From Clostridia bacterium (GTDB lineage Bacteria; Bacillota; Clostridia; Oscillospirales; CAG-272), in the NCBI GenBank assembly GCA_017452335.1, contig JAFTMP010000026.1:1-34765 (forward strand): a stretch of 34,765 nucleotides of DNA, read 5' to 3'. Positions 1 to 7,772 of this stretch are shown here, piece by piece; the first letter of the stretch is position 1, and every line of letters begins with the position of its first letter. A program made the translations under genes and the position numbers. The notes beneath the pieces are model-generated. The model searched no databases. It saw only the letters and a program-made list of their open reading frames with translations, and was not told the origin of the DNA.

Positions 1-2
1 CC

Positions 3-479
3 CGTCTCGGTATCGGTGAGATATTCATTCCCGAGAACGAGCCCGGCTCTTCCATCATGCCCGGTAAGGTAAACCCCACACAGTGTGAGGCTGTGACCAA
101 GGTAGCCGTTCAGGTTATGGGTAACGACACCACCATCAGCATTGCCGCTTCTCAGGGTAACTTTGAGCTCAACGTCTTCATGCCCGTGGCAATGTACAAC
201 TTCCTGCAGTCCGGCAGACTCCTTGCTGAAGCGATCCTTTCCTTCAATAAGAACTGCGCTGTAGGTATCAAGGCAAACAGAGAAAAGATGCATGACAACC
301 TGCATAATTCTCTCATGCTGGTTACCGCGCTCAATCCCTACATCGGATATGAAAACGCGGCAAAGACTGCAAAGAAGGCATTTAAGGACAACATTTCCTT
401 GAAGGAAGCTTGCGTGGAACTGGGCTTCTTGACCGCTGAAAAGTTTGACGAAGTGTTCCATCCCGAAGAAATGGTTTAA
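3..479 (+). CDS. fumC: Class II fumarate hydratase, C-terminal fragment (5' end is outside the window)
   Basis: Frame 3 is open from the window edge. The translation [34 protein letters not shown]... carries the fumarase/aspartase superfamily signature in its fumarase form ([16 protein letters not shown]). Stop TAA at 477-479. Confidence 0.9.
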   Translation, partial: RLGIGEIFIPENEPGSSIMPGKVNPTQCEAVTKVAVQVMGNDTTISIAASQGNFELNVFMPVAMYNFLQSGRLLAEAILSFNKNCAVGIKANREKMHDNLHNSLMLVTALNPYIGYENAAKTAKKAFKDNISLKEACVELGFLTAEKFDEVFHPEEMV

Positions 480-508
480 AAACCCTTTAAAACTGATCTT
501 TCAAATGA

Positions 509-542
509 TCCATCACTTCCGCTTTGATGCGGAAGTGATGGA
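509..542 (+). terminator. Stem-loop downstream of fumC (possible weak terminator or attenuator)
   Basis: 14-bp perfect inverted repeat, tccatcacttccgc (509-522) / gcggaagtgatgga (529-542), with a 6-nt loop. No clear T-tract follows, so termination efficiency is uncertain. Confidence 0.35.
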
Positions 543-619
543 AAATGAAATTCTATGCGGCGAAAAACGCCGCGGCAGCCGTTTGAAGATGCTTTGGCGG
601 TTGCAAGAAAGGAACGAAA

Positions 620-1420
620 ATGAAGGTAAGTTATTTCCCCGGGTGTACCCTCAAGACCAAGGCAGTAAAGCTGGACGAATATGCCCGCCGCTGTGCCGAG
701 GTGTTGGGTGTGACCCTTGAAGAAATAGAAAACTGGCAGTGCTGCGGCGGTGTGTTTACCACCTCAAAAGACGAGGTTGCTACCAAGCTTTCTTCCGTAC
801 GTGTGCTCAAGGCGGCACAGGATAAGGAACAGGTGCTGGTGACTGTGTGCTCCGCCTGCCACAATGTGGTCAAGCAGACCAACCACCAGGTGCAGACCGA
901 TAAGGAATTTGCCGATAAGGTAAACCGTTACATGGCTGCAGAGGGCGGATATGACGGAACCACCAAGGTGTACCACTACTTAGAGCTGCTTCGCGATGTA
1001 GTGGGCTTTGACAAGATCAAGGAAAAGGTGGTTAAGCCTCTGAACGGCGAAAAGATCGCGGTGTATTACGGATGTCTGCTTCTTCGTCCCGGCACGGTGA
1101 TGAAGATGGACGATCCCGAAAACCCCAAGATCATTGAGGACTTGATCAGAGCCCTTGGCGGTGAGCCCGTGATCTATAACAAGCGCAACGAATGCTGCGG
1201 CGGTTATGTGACCATGGAGAATCCCGCATTTGCCGAGAAGAAGAGCCAGTCTATTACAGAAAACGCCAAGTCCTTTGGTGCAAGCCGTATGATCACCGCT
1301 TGTCCGCTTTGCAAGTACAATCTTGAAAAGCACGAAGAAGAGCTTCCCGTAGTATACTTTACCGAGCTGCTTGCAGAAGCGCTCGGCGTTAAGGAGGATG
1401 CCGATGAGTCAGCAGAATAA
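620..1420 (+). CDS. hdrB: Heterodisulfide reductase subunit B-like protein (two CCG cysteine-rich domains)
   Basis: 266 aa. Two copies of the CCG pattern C...CCGG...CxxC: FPGCTLK...WQCCGG...VCSACH and YYGCLLL...NECCGGY...ACPLCKY. ATG at 620 is preceded by aaaggaa. Confidence 0.85.
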   Translation: MKVSYFPGCTLKTKAVKLDEYARRCAEVLGVTLEEIENWQCCGGVFTTSKDEVATKLSSVRVLKAAQDKEQVLVTVCSACHNVVKQTNHQVQTDKEFADKVNRYMAAEGGYDGTTKVYHYLELLRDVVGFDKIKEKVVKPLNGEKIAVYYGCLLLRPGTVMKMDDPENPKIIEDLIRALGGEPVIYNKRNECCGGYVTMENPAFAEKKSQSITENAKSFGASRMITACPLCKYNLEKHEEELPVVYFTELLAEALGVKEDADESAE

Positions 1421-1796
1421 TAATTTAAAGGAAGAGTTGATCCGCATCAGCGGTGTCAACCCCAAGAAATGTATGCGTTGCGGAAAATGCTCCGCTACCT
1501 GTCCCGCTTATGAGGAGATGGAATACCATCCTCATGAATTTGTGGTCATGGTGGAAAACGGAAACATTGAACCGCTGTTAAACACCGAATCGCTGTACAG
1601 ATGTCTGACCTGCTTTGCATGCGTGGAAAGGTGCCCCAGAGGGGTAGAGCCCGCAAAGCTGGTGGAGGCAGTACGCCTGGTGGCAACCAGACGCCAGGGC
1701 GCCAACCACATGAAGGCAGACGATGTACCCGCGAAGCTGGACGAGGATCTGCCTCAGCAGGCGATCGTCAGCGCATTTAGAAAGTACACAAAGTAA
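1404..1796 (+). CDS. hdrC: Heterodisulfide reductase subunit C-like 2x[4Fe-4S] protein
   Basis: 130 aa from ATG 1404, with SD AAGGAGG at 1391-1397. Two CxxCxxCxxxCP motifs (CMRCGKCSATCP, CLTCFACVERCP). Overlaps the hdrB stop by 17 nt. The upstream start at 1371 in the ORF track lacks an SD. Confidence 0.8.
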   Translation: MSQQNNNLKEELIRISGVNPKKCMRCGKCSATCPAYEEMEYHPHEFVVMVENGNIEPLLNTESLYRCLTCFACVERCPRGVEPAKLVEAVRLVATRRQGANHMKADDVPAKLDEDLPQQAIVSAFRKYTK

Positions 1797-1814
1797 TAAG
1801 GAGGAAAACGCAAA

Positions 1815-3809
1815 ATGCAAAGAATTGGTGTATTCGTATGTTGGTGCGGAAGCAATATTGCAGGTACGGTAGACGTGCAGGCAGTATCCGATGCCCTGAA
1901 GAATGAACCCGGCGTTGTATTCTCCACCAACTATCAGTATATGTGCTCCCAGGCAGGTCAGAACATGATCAAGGATGCCATTAAGGAATATCGCCTGACC
2001 GGTATCGTTGTCTGCTCCTGCTCGCCCCGTATGCACGAGGCAACCTTCCGCAAGACGGCACAGGCTGCAGGCCTCAACCCCTACATGGTTGAAATTGCAA
2101 ACATCCGTGAGCAGTGCTCTTGGGTACATAAGGACATCCCCACCGGTACCGAAAAGGCAATCATTCTGGGTAAGGCGGCAGTTGCAAAGGTAAACCTCAA
2201 CGCGCCCTTAACGCCCGGTGAATCGCCCGTGACCAAGCGTGCGCTGGTGATCGGCGGCGGTATCGCAGGTATTCAGACCGCTCTTGATATCGCAGATGCA
2301 GGCTTCCCTGTAGATATCGTAGAGACCAAGCCCACCATCGGCGGTAAGATGGCACAGCTTGACAAAACCTTCCCCACCCTTGACTGTGCGGCTTGTATCC
2401 TCACTCCTAAGATGGTGGATGTGGCACAGAATGACAAGATCCGCATCTTCTCTTACAGTGAAGTGCAGGAGGTAAAGGGCTTTGTCGGCAACTTTGATGT
2501 AAAGATCAAGAAGAAGGCACGTTATGTAAATGAAGACATTTGTACCGGTTGCGGTGCATGTACCGAAAAATGTCCTCAGAAGAACGTTCCCAACGAATTC
2601 AACCTGGGCATGGATAACCGCCGTGCCATCTACATTCCTTTTGCACAGGCAGTGCCGAAGGTTGCAACCATTGACCCCAATGCCTGCAACATGCTGAAGA
2701 ACGGCAAGTGCGGCGTGTGCGCAAAGGTTTGTGCCGCAGGTGCCATCGACTATAAACAGCAGGATCAGATCATCGAAGAGAAGTACGGTGCGATCGTAGT
2801 TGCTACCGGCTTTAACCCCATCAGCATGGAGAAGTTCGATGAATTTGCATACAGCCAGTCTAAGGACGTCATCACCTCTTTAGAATTTGAGAGACTGACC
2901 AACGCCGCAGGTCCTACTGCAGGAAAGCTCCTTCGTCCCTCTGACCTTGAGCATCCTCACACCATCGTATTCGTACAGTGCGTGGGCTCCCGTTGCGCGG
3001 CATGCGCAGAAAAGGGCAAGGAATACTGCTCCAAGATCTGCTGTATGTATACTGCAAAGCATGCAATGCTGGTGCGTGACAAATATCCCGATACCGAGGT
3101 TTACGTGTTCTACATTGACGTCAGAACTCCCGGTAAGAACTTTGATGAATTCTATCGCCGTGCCGTAGAAGAGTACGGTGTACACTACATCAAGGGTATG
3201 GTCGGCAAGGTTACCCCCGAGGGCAAGAAGCTGAAGGTCCAGGGCTCCGATCTGATCATGGACGAGCAGGTGCACATTGACGCAGACCTGGTGGTTCTGG
3301 CAGCGGCAATTGAGCCCGATAAGTCTGCACGTCCTCTTGCAACCATGCTGACTGCAAGTATGGATACCAACGACTTCTTCACTGAAGCACATCCCAAGCT
3401 TCGTCCCGTAGAAAGCCCCACCGCGGGTGTGTTCCTGTCCGGTGCGTGCCAGGGTCCCAAGGATATTCCCGAGACCGTTTCTCAGGCAGGCGCGGCAGCA
3501 TCCAAGGTTATTGGACTGCTGGCAAAGGATAAGCTCACCGGTAACCCCTGCATTGCAAGCCCCAACGAGCTGATGTGTAACGGTTGCTCCTCTTGTGAGC
3601 GTGTATGCCCCTACGGTGCTATTACCTATGTTGATAAAGAATTCCGTATGCCCGACAGAACCACTGCGATCCGTCGCGTGGCACAGGTCAACCCTGCGGT
3701 TTGCCAGGGATGCGGAGCTTGTACAGTTGCTTGTCCTTCCGGTGCGATGGATCTTCGCGGCTTTGCAAGCGCGCAAATCATTGCGGAGGTGGATGCAATA
3801 TGCAAGTAA
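1815..3809 (+). CDS. hdrA: Heterodisulfide reductase subunit A (FAD plus multiple Fe-S; the electron-bifurcating-type flavoprotein)
   Basis: 664 aa. N-terminal IGVFVCWCGSNIAG Cys motif, dinucleotide fold VIGGGIAGIQTALD, the HdrA-typical CVGSR...CSKICCMY motif, and ferredoxin motifs CTGCGACTEKCP, CNGCSSCERVCP and CQGCGACTVACP. SD aaggagg upstream. Confidence 0.9.
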   Translation: MQRIGVFVCWCGSNIAGTVDVQAVSDALKNEPGVVFSTNYQYMCSQAGQNMIKDAIKEYRLTGIVVCSCSPRMHEATFRKTAQAAGLNPYMVEIANIREQCSWVHKDIPTGTEKAIILGKAAVAKVNLNAPLTPGESPVTKRALVIGGGIAGIQTALDIADAGFPVDIVETKPTIGGKMAQLDKTFPTLDCAACILTPKMVDVAQNDKIRIFSYSEVQEVKGFVGNFDVKIKKKARYVNEDICTGCGACTEKCPQKNVPNEFNLGMDNRRAIYIPFAQAVPKVATIDPNACNMLKNGKCGVCAKVCAAGAIDYKQQDQIIEEKYGAIVVATGFNPISMEKFDEFAYSQSKDVITSLEFERLTNAAGPTAGKLLRPSDLEHPHTIVFVQCVGSRCAACAEKGKEYCSKICCMYTAKHAMLVRDKYPDTEVYVFYIDVRTPGKNFDEFYRRAVEEYGVHYIKGMVGKVTPEGKKLKVQGSDLIMDEQVHIDADLVVLAAAIEPDKSARPLATMLTASMDTNDFFTEAHPKLRPVESPTAGVFLSGACQGPKDIPETVSQAGAAASKVIGLLAKDKLTGNPCIASPNELMCNGCSSCERVCPYGAITYVDKEFRMPDRTTAIRRVAQVNPAVCQGCGACTVACPSGAMDLRGFASAQIIAEVDAICK

Positions 3810-4234
3810 ATGAAAAAAAGCCTTTGATCGTGGCATTTTGCTGCAACTGGTGCTCTTACGCCGGTGCAGACCTTGCCGGTAACAACCGTTTGGCATATCC
3901 TGCGGATGTCAAGATCATCCGCGTACCCTGCTCTTGCAGAGTAAACCCCATGTTCATTCTGCGCGCCTTCCAGAGAGGTGCAGACGGTGTCATCATCTGC
4001 GGATGCCATCCCGGTGACTGCCACTACACCTCCGGTAACTACTTCACCCGCCGCCGTATGGCAATGCTCTTCTCAATGCTGGACTATCTGGGCATCGAGA
4101 AGGAAAGAACCCGCGTAGAGTGGGTGTCTGCGGCTGAAGGTGCAAAGTTTGCCGCAACCATGAATGATTTTGCCGAAAAGGTCGCCGCTCTTGGCGAGAA
4201 TAAGAGATTGGAGGATCTGCGATGCAAAAAATAA
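3800..4234 (+). CDS. mvhD: MvhD/FlpD (FlxD-like) 2Fe-2S electron-transfer subunit
   Basis: 144 aa from ATG 3800 (GGAGG about 10 nt upstream), overlapping the hdrA stop by 10 nt. Motifs FCCNWCSYAGADLAG, VPCSCRV and CGCHPGDCHY are typical of methyl-viologen-reducing hydrogenase delta subunit family proteins. Confidence 0.85.
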   Translation: MQVNEKKPLIVAFCCNWCSYAGADLAGNNRLAYPADVKIIRVPCSCRVNPMFILRAFQRGADGVIICGCHPGDCHYTSGNYFTRRRMAMLFSMLDYLGIEKERTRVEWVSAAEGAKFAATMNDFAEKVAALGENKRLEDLRCKK

Positions 4235-5220
4235 CTCGTGAAGTGCTGATCGAAAAAGCAGCCTCTTTATTAAATGAAGGCGTTGTTTCCGGTGTTCTTG
4301 GCTGGAAGCAGGGCGAATTTGCCTATGACGTAACGCCCGCGCTGTTCACCACCGTGGACGAGCTGAATGAACAGTTCGTTTGGGGCGATTTCTGCGGCGC
4401 AAACTTTTCCAAATATTTGGTAGCCCATACCCGCAAGACCCAGAGCAAGGTACTGGTGTTCTTGAAGCCCTGTGATACATACAGCTTCAACCAGCTGCTC
4501 ACCGAGCACCGCTTCGACAGAGAAAAGGTGTACGCAGTGGGTATCCCCTGCGAGGGCATGGCTGATGTTTCCAAGGTGAAGGCAATTGCAGGCGAGGGTA
4601 TCACCGCAATTGAAAGCACCGAAGAGGGTCTTGCTGTGACCACTCTTTATAACGACGCGCCCGTGGTGATCGCTTATGAAGACGCTCTTGCCGAAAGATG
4701 CATCAACTGCAAGAGTAAGAAGCATGTGGCGTATGATGAGCTGATCGGCGAAGAGGGCGATGTGCTGGAAAGCGGACGCTTTGACCAGGTTGCCGCACTG
4801 GAGGCAATGACTCCCGACGAGCGCTTTGCGTTCTGGCAGAAGGAGCTGTCTAAGTGCATCCGTTGCAACGCCTGCAGAGACGTTTGCCCTGCATGCACCT
4901 GCGAAAAGTGCGTGTTTAACAACCCCGTTTCGGGTGCTGAGACCAAGGCGCCCATGGGCACCTTTGAAGAGAAGATGTTCCATATCATCCGTGCCTTCCA
5001 CGTGGCAGGCAGATGTACCGACTGCGGCGAGTGCTCCAGAGTATGTCCTCAGGATATCCCTCTGCACCTGCTGAACAGAAAGTTCATCAAGGATATCAAC
5101 ACCCACTACGGCGAATACCAGGCAGGTGCCGAGGTTGGTTCCAGAGCTCCTCTTGTGAACTACACCACAAACGACGTTGAGCCCGGTGATGTGTTTGAAA
5201 GGGGTGAAGAGAATGCGTAA
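4222..5220 (+). CDS. Fe-S subunit, AsrA/HydB(sulfhydrogenase beta)/FlxC-like
   Basis: 332 aa. C-terminal CIRCNACRDVCPACTCEKC plus CTDCGECSRVCP, the CxxCxxCxxxCPxCxC pattern shared with the next gene. Overlaps the mvhD stop by 13 nt. SD GGAGG lies 7 nt upstream. Confidence 0.65.
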   Translation: MQKITREVLIEKAASLLNEGVVSGVLGWKQGEFAYDVTPALFTTVDELNEQFVWGDFCGANFSKYLVAHTRKTQSKVLVFLKPCDTYSFNQLLTEHRFDREKVYAVGIPCEGMADVSKVKAIAGEGITAIESTEEGLAVTTLYNDAPVVIAYEDALAERCINCKSKKHVAYDELIGEEGDVLESGRFDQVAALEAMTPDERFAFWQKELSKCIRCNACRDVCPACTCEKCVFNNPVSGAETKAPMGTFEEKMFHIIRAFHVAGRCTDCGECSRVCPQDIPLHLLNRKFIKDINTHYGEYQAGAEVGSRAPLVNYTTNDVEPGDVFERGEENA

Positions 5221-6241
5221 GTGTGCACTTGCAAATCTTGACAAGCTGTTTGCCGCTATTGCTGAAAATGCAGACCTGTATCTGCCTGTAAATGACGAGA
5301 ACGGTGCGGCATCCTATAAGAAATGGGAAGAGGGCACAGAAATGAGCGATGCGCTCAACACTGTAAAGAGCCCCAAGGATTTCTTCTTCCCTCAGAGTGA
5401 AGATCTGATGACCTTCAAGACCGAGGGCAAGAACATTGAGATCACCGATATCAGAGAAGAAAGCAAGGATTTCGTGGTATTCGGTGTGAGAGCCTGCGAT
5501 GTAAGAAGCTTTGACATTCTGGACCGTGTGTTCATCACCGATCCCCAGGATAGCTACTATGCTTCCAAGAGAGAAAAAGGCGTGATCGTTTCCATGGCTT
5601 GTACCAGACCCACCGAGACCTGCTTCTGCGCGGCATTTGGTATTGACGCGGCAGCACCCAAGGGCGACGTGACCACCTGGAAGACCGAGGCGGATCTGTA
5701 CCTGCAGGCAAATACCGAAAAGGGTGAAAAGCTGCTGGCAGCGCTGGAAGCACTGACCGAGGAAGCAGACTGTGCCGCTGTGGAAGCACAGCAGGCAAAG
5801 ACCCGTGCAATTATGGAAAAGCTTCCTCTTGCTGGGCTGGATACCGAACAGTTTGGTGGCGGCAAGACCAAGGAATACTTTGATGCACCCGAATGGAAGG
5901 AACTGTCTCAGTCCTGCCTTGGATGCGGTACTTGTACCTTCGTTTGCCCCACCTGCCAGTGCTATGATATCAAGGACTTCAACACCGGCAGAGGTGTGAT
6001 CCGTTACCGTTGCTGGGACTCCTGCATGTATTCGGAATTCACCAGAATGGCACACGGCAACAACAGAAACTCTCAGCTTGAGAGATTCCGTCAGCGCTTT
6101 ATGCACAAGCTGGTATACTATCCCGAAAACAACGACGGTATTTTTGGATGCGTGGGATGCGGCAGATGCCTTGCAAAATGCCCCATTTCCATGAATATTG
6201 TAAAGGTTATGAAGACTCTGGGAGGTAAGAAAGATGAGTGA
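5213..6241 (+). CDS. Fe-S subunit, anaerobic sulfite reductase subunit A-like / sulfhydrogenase beta-like (FlxB-like)
   Basis: 342 aa from ATG 5213; its first 8 nt overlap the 3' end, including the stop, of the previous gene. Motifs SPKDFFFPQSE, CLGCGTCTFVCPTCQCYD and CVGCGRCLAKCP. Paralogous to the preceding gene. Confidence 0.75.
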   Translation: MRKCALANLDKLFAAIAENADLYLPVNDENGAASYKKWEEGTEMSDALNTVKSPKDFFFPQSEDLMTFKTEGKNIEITDIREESKDFVVFGVRACDVRSFDILDRVFITDPQDSYYASKREKGVIVSMACTRPTETCFCAAFGIDAAAPKGDVTTWKTEADLYLQANTEKGEKLLAALEALTEEADCAAVEAQQAKTRAIMEKLPLAGLDTEQFGGGKTKEYFDAPEWKELSQSCLGCGTCTFVCPTCQCYDIKDFNTGRGVIRYRCWDSCMYSEFTRMAHGNNRNSQLERFRQRFMHKLVYYPENNDGIFGCVGCGRCLAKCPISMNIVKVMKTLGGKKDE

Positions 6242-7067
6242 GATGAGAGAACCCTTGATTCCCTACGTTGGGGTCATTACCGATGTGCGCATCGATACCC
6301 CCGACATCAAGACCTTCAGAGTGGTCACCCCCGATGGCAAGAAGGCATTTGACCATAGACCCGGTCAGTGCGCAATGCTGTCTATCCCCGGTGTGGGCGA
6401 GGCGATGTTCTCCATCACCTCCGCCCCCACAAACACCGAGTTTATGGAATTCTCCATTAAAAAGTGCGGATGCGTTACCGAGTGGCTGCACCAGGCTGAG
6501 GTTGGTCAGCAGGTAACCATCAGAGGACCTTACGGCAATCCTTTCCCTGTGGACGATGCCTTTGCAGGAAAGAACCTGCTGTTCGTAGCAGGCGGTGTAG
6601 GTCTGGCACCTCTTCGTTCTGTAATCAACTACTGCCGTCACTACCGTGACCGTTACGGCAAGATCGACATCGTTTACGGCTCCAGAAGCAAGGATGATCT
6701 GCTGGACTACAAGGAGATCATCGAGGAATGGGCTACCGACGAGGGTGTGAATGTACACCTGACCATCGACCGCGAGCAGGAAGGCTGGGACGGACATGTA
6801 GGCTTTGTGCCCAACTACGTGAAGGAACTGAACTTTGATACGGATAAGATCGCCGTACTGTGCGGTCCTCCCATCATGATCAAGTTTACTCTGGAGGGTC
6901 TGCAGGCGCTGGGCTTTGAAAAAACACAGGTATATACCACGCTGGAGCTGCGCATGAAGTGCGGTATCGGTAAGTGCGGTAGATGCAATGTAGGCTCCAA
7001 GTATGTTTGCAAGGACGGACCTGTATTCCGTTTTGACGAACTGGACGAGCTGCCCGGCGAATATTGA
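6234..7067 (+). CDS. FAD/NAD(P)H-binding oxidoreductase with C-terminal 2Fe-2S (AsrB / sulfhydrogenase gamma / PyrK / FlxA-like)
   Basis: 277 aa. Ferredoxin-reductase-type barrel (RPGQCAML...FSITS), NAD(P) fold LLFVAGGVGLAPL, and C-terminal CGIGKCGRCNVGSKYVCKDGPVF. Overlaps the previous gene by 8 nt. SD GGGAGG. Confidence 0.8.
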   Translation: MSEMREPLIPYVGVITDVRIDTPDIKTFRVVTPDGKKAFDHRPGQCAMLSIPGVGEAMFSITSAPTNTEFMEFSIKKCGCVTEWLHQAEVGQQVTIRGPYGNPFPVDDAFAGKNLLFVAGGVGLAPLRSVINYCRHYRDRYGKIDIVYGSRSKDDLLDYKEIIEEWATDEGVNVHLTIDREQEGWDGHVGFVPNYVKELNFDTDKIAVLCGPPIMIKFTLEGLQALGFEKTQVYTTLELRMKCGIGKCGRCNVGSKYVCKDGPVFRFDELDELPGEY

Positions 7068-7085
7068 TGAGAAGGAGAAATGAGA

Positions 7086-7760
7086 ATGGAAAACATGGTA
7101 AATATTTTTCTCTTCGGTAAGAAGTATCAGGTTCCCGGAAATCTGACCATCATGAGCGCAATGGAATATGCAGGCTACCAGCTGGTACGCGGCTGCGGAT
7201 GCCGTAACGGCTTTTGCGGTGCTTGCGCAACCATTTACCGTATCAAGGGTCAGCAGGAATTAAAGGCTTGCCTTGCTTGCCAGACCAAGGTTGAAGAAGG
7301 TATGTACATTGCAACTCTGCCTTTCTTCCCCCTGGTAAAGCAGGTATACGATATTGAAACTGTGAAGACCAACGAACAGGTGATGATGCAGCTCTATCCC
7401 GAGATCTATGCTTGTATCGGATGCAATGCCTGCACCAAGGCTTGTACCCAGGGTCTGAACGTTATGCAGTATATCGCGTATGCTCAGAGAGGCGACTTTG
7501 AAAAGTGCGCTGAGGAGTCCTTCGACTGCGTAATGTGCGGCGTATGCTCCTCTCGTTGCCCCGCAGGCATTTCCCATCCCCAGGTGGCAATGCTGGCGCG
7601 CAGAATCAACGGTAAGTACCTGGCTCCCGATTGCGGACATCTGGAGGACCGCGTAAAGGAGATCAAGGACGGCACCTTCAAGGAACTCATCGAAGCGCTG
7701 ATGCAGAAACCCGTTGAAGAAATGAAAGAACTCTATAACAATAGAGAGATCGAGAAATAA
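7086..7760 (+). CDS. Succinate dehydrogenase/fumarate reductase iron-sulfur subunit-like protein (2Fe-2S N-domain plus 2x Cys-cluster C-domain)
   Basis: N-terminal plant-ferredoxin-like CGCRNGFCGAC...CLAC. C-terminal CIGCNACTKAC and CVMCGVCSSRCP. SD GAAGGAG at 7071-7077 favours ATG 7086 over the track start at 7080, which is only 2 nt from the SD. Confidence 0.7.
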   Translation: MENMVNIFLFGKKYQVPGNLTIMSAMEYAGYQLVRGCGCRNGFCGACATIYRIKGQQELKACLACQTKVEEGMYIATLPFFPLVKQVYDIETVKTNEQVMMQLYPEIYACIGCNACTKACTQGLNVMQYIAYAQRGDFEKCAEESFDCVMCGVCSSRCPAGISHPQVAMLARRINGKYLAPDCGHLEDRVKEIKDGTFKELIEALMQKPVEEMKELYNNREIEK

Positions 7761-7772
7761 GGAGGGCGGACA

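Noticed and set aside
557-573. A small GC hairpin, gcggcg-aaaaa-cgccgc, upstream of hdrB, considered as an attenuator or riboswitch terminator.
   Set aside because: It has only 6 bp, no T-tract and no recognisable aptamer upstream. I could not identify a convincing promoter in 480-619 either, so whether hdrB is read through from fumC stays open.
445-720. A 91-aa ORF that bridges the fumC 3' end, the intergenic hairpins and the hdrB 5' end.
   Set aside because: It overlaps two well-supported genes out of frame and spans terminator-like hairpins. It has no SD and no motifs.
1815-4234. Possible selenocysteine (in-frame TGA) in HdrA or MvhD, as seen in some methanogens and Deltaproteobacteria.
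   Set aside because: Both reading frames are uninterrupted, and the relevant positions are Cys codons.
4222-7067. Reading the AsrA/AsrB-like genes as an anaerobic sulfite reductase (asrABC) or a sulfhydrogenase.
   Set aside because: No siroheme AsrC-like gene and no NiFe hydrogenase subunit is present. The genes are translationally coupled to mvhD/hdrA, which fits the Flx-type NAD(P)H module instead.
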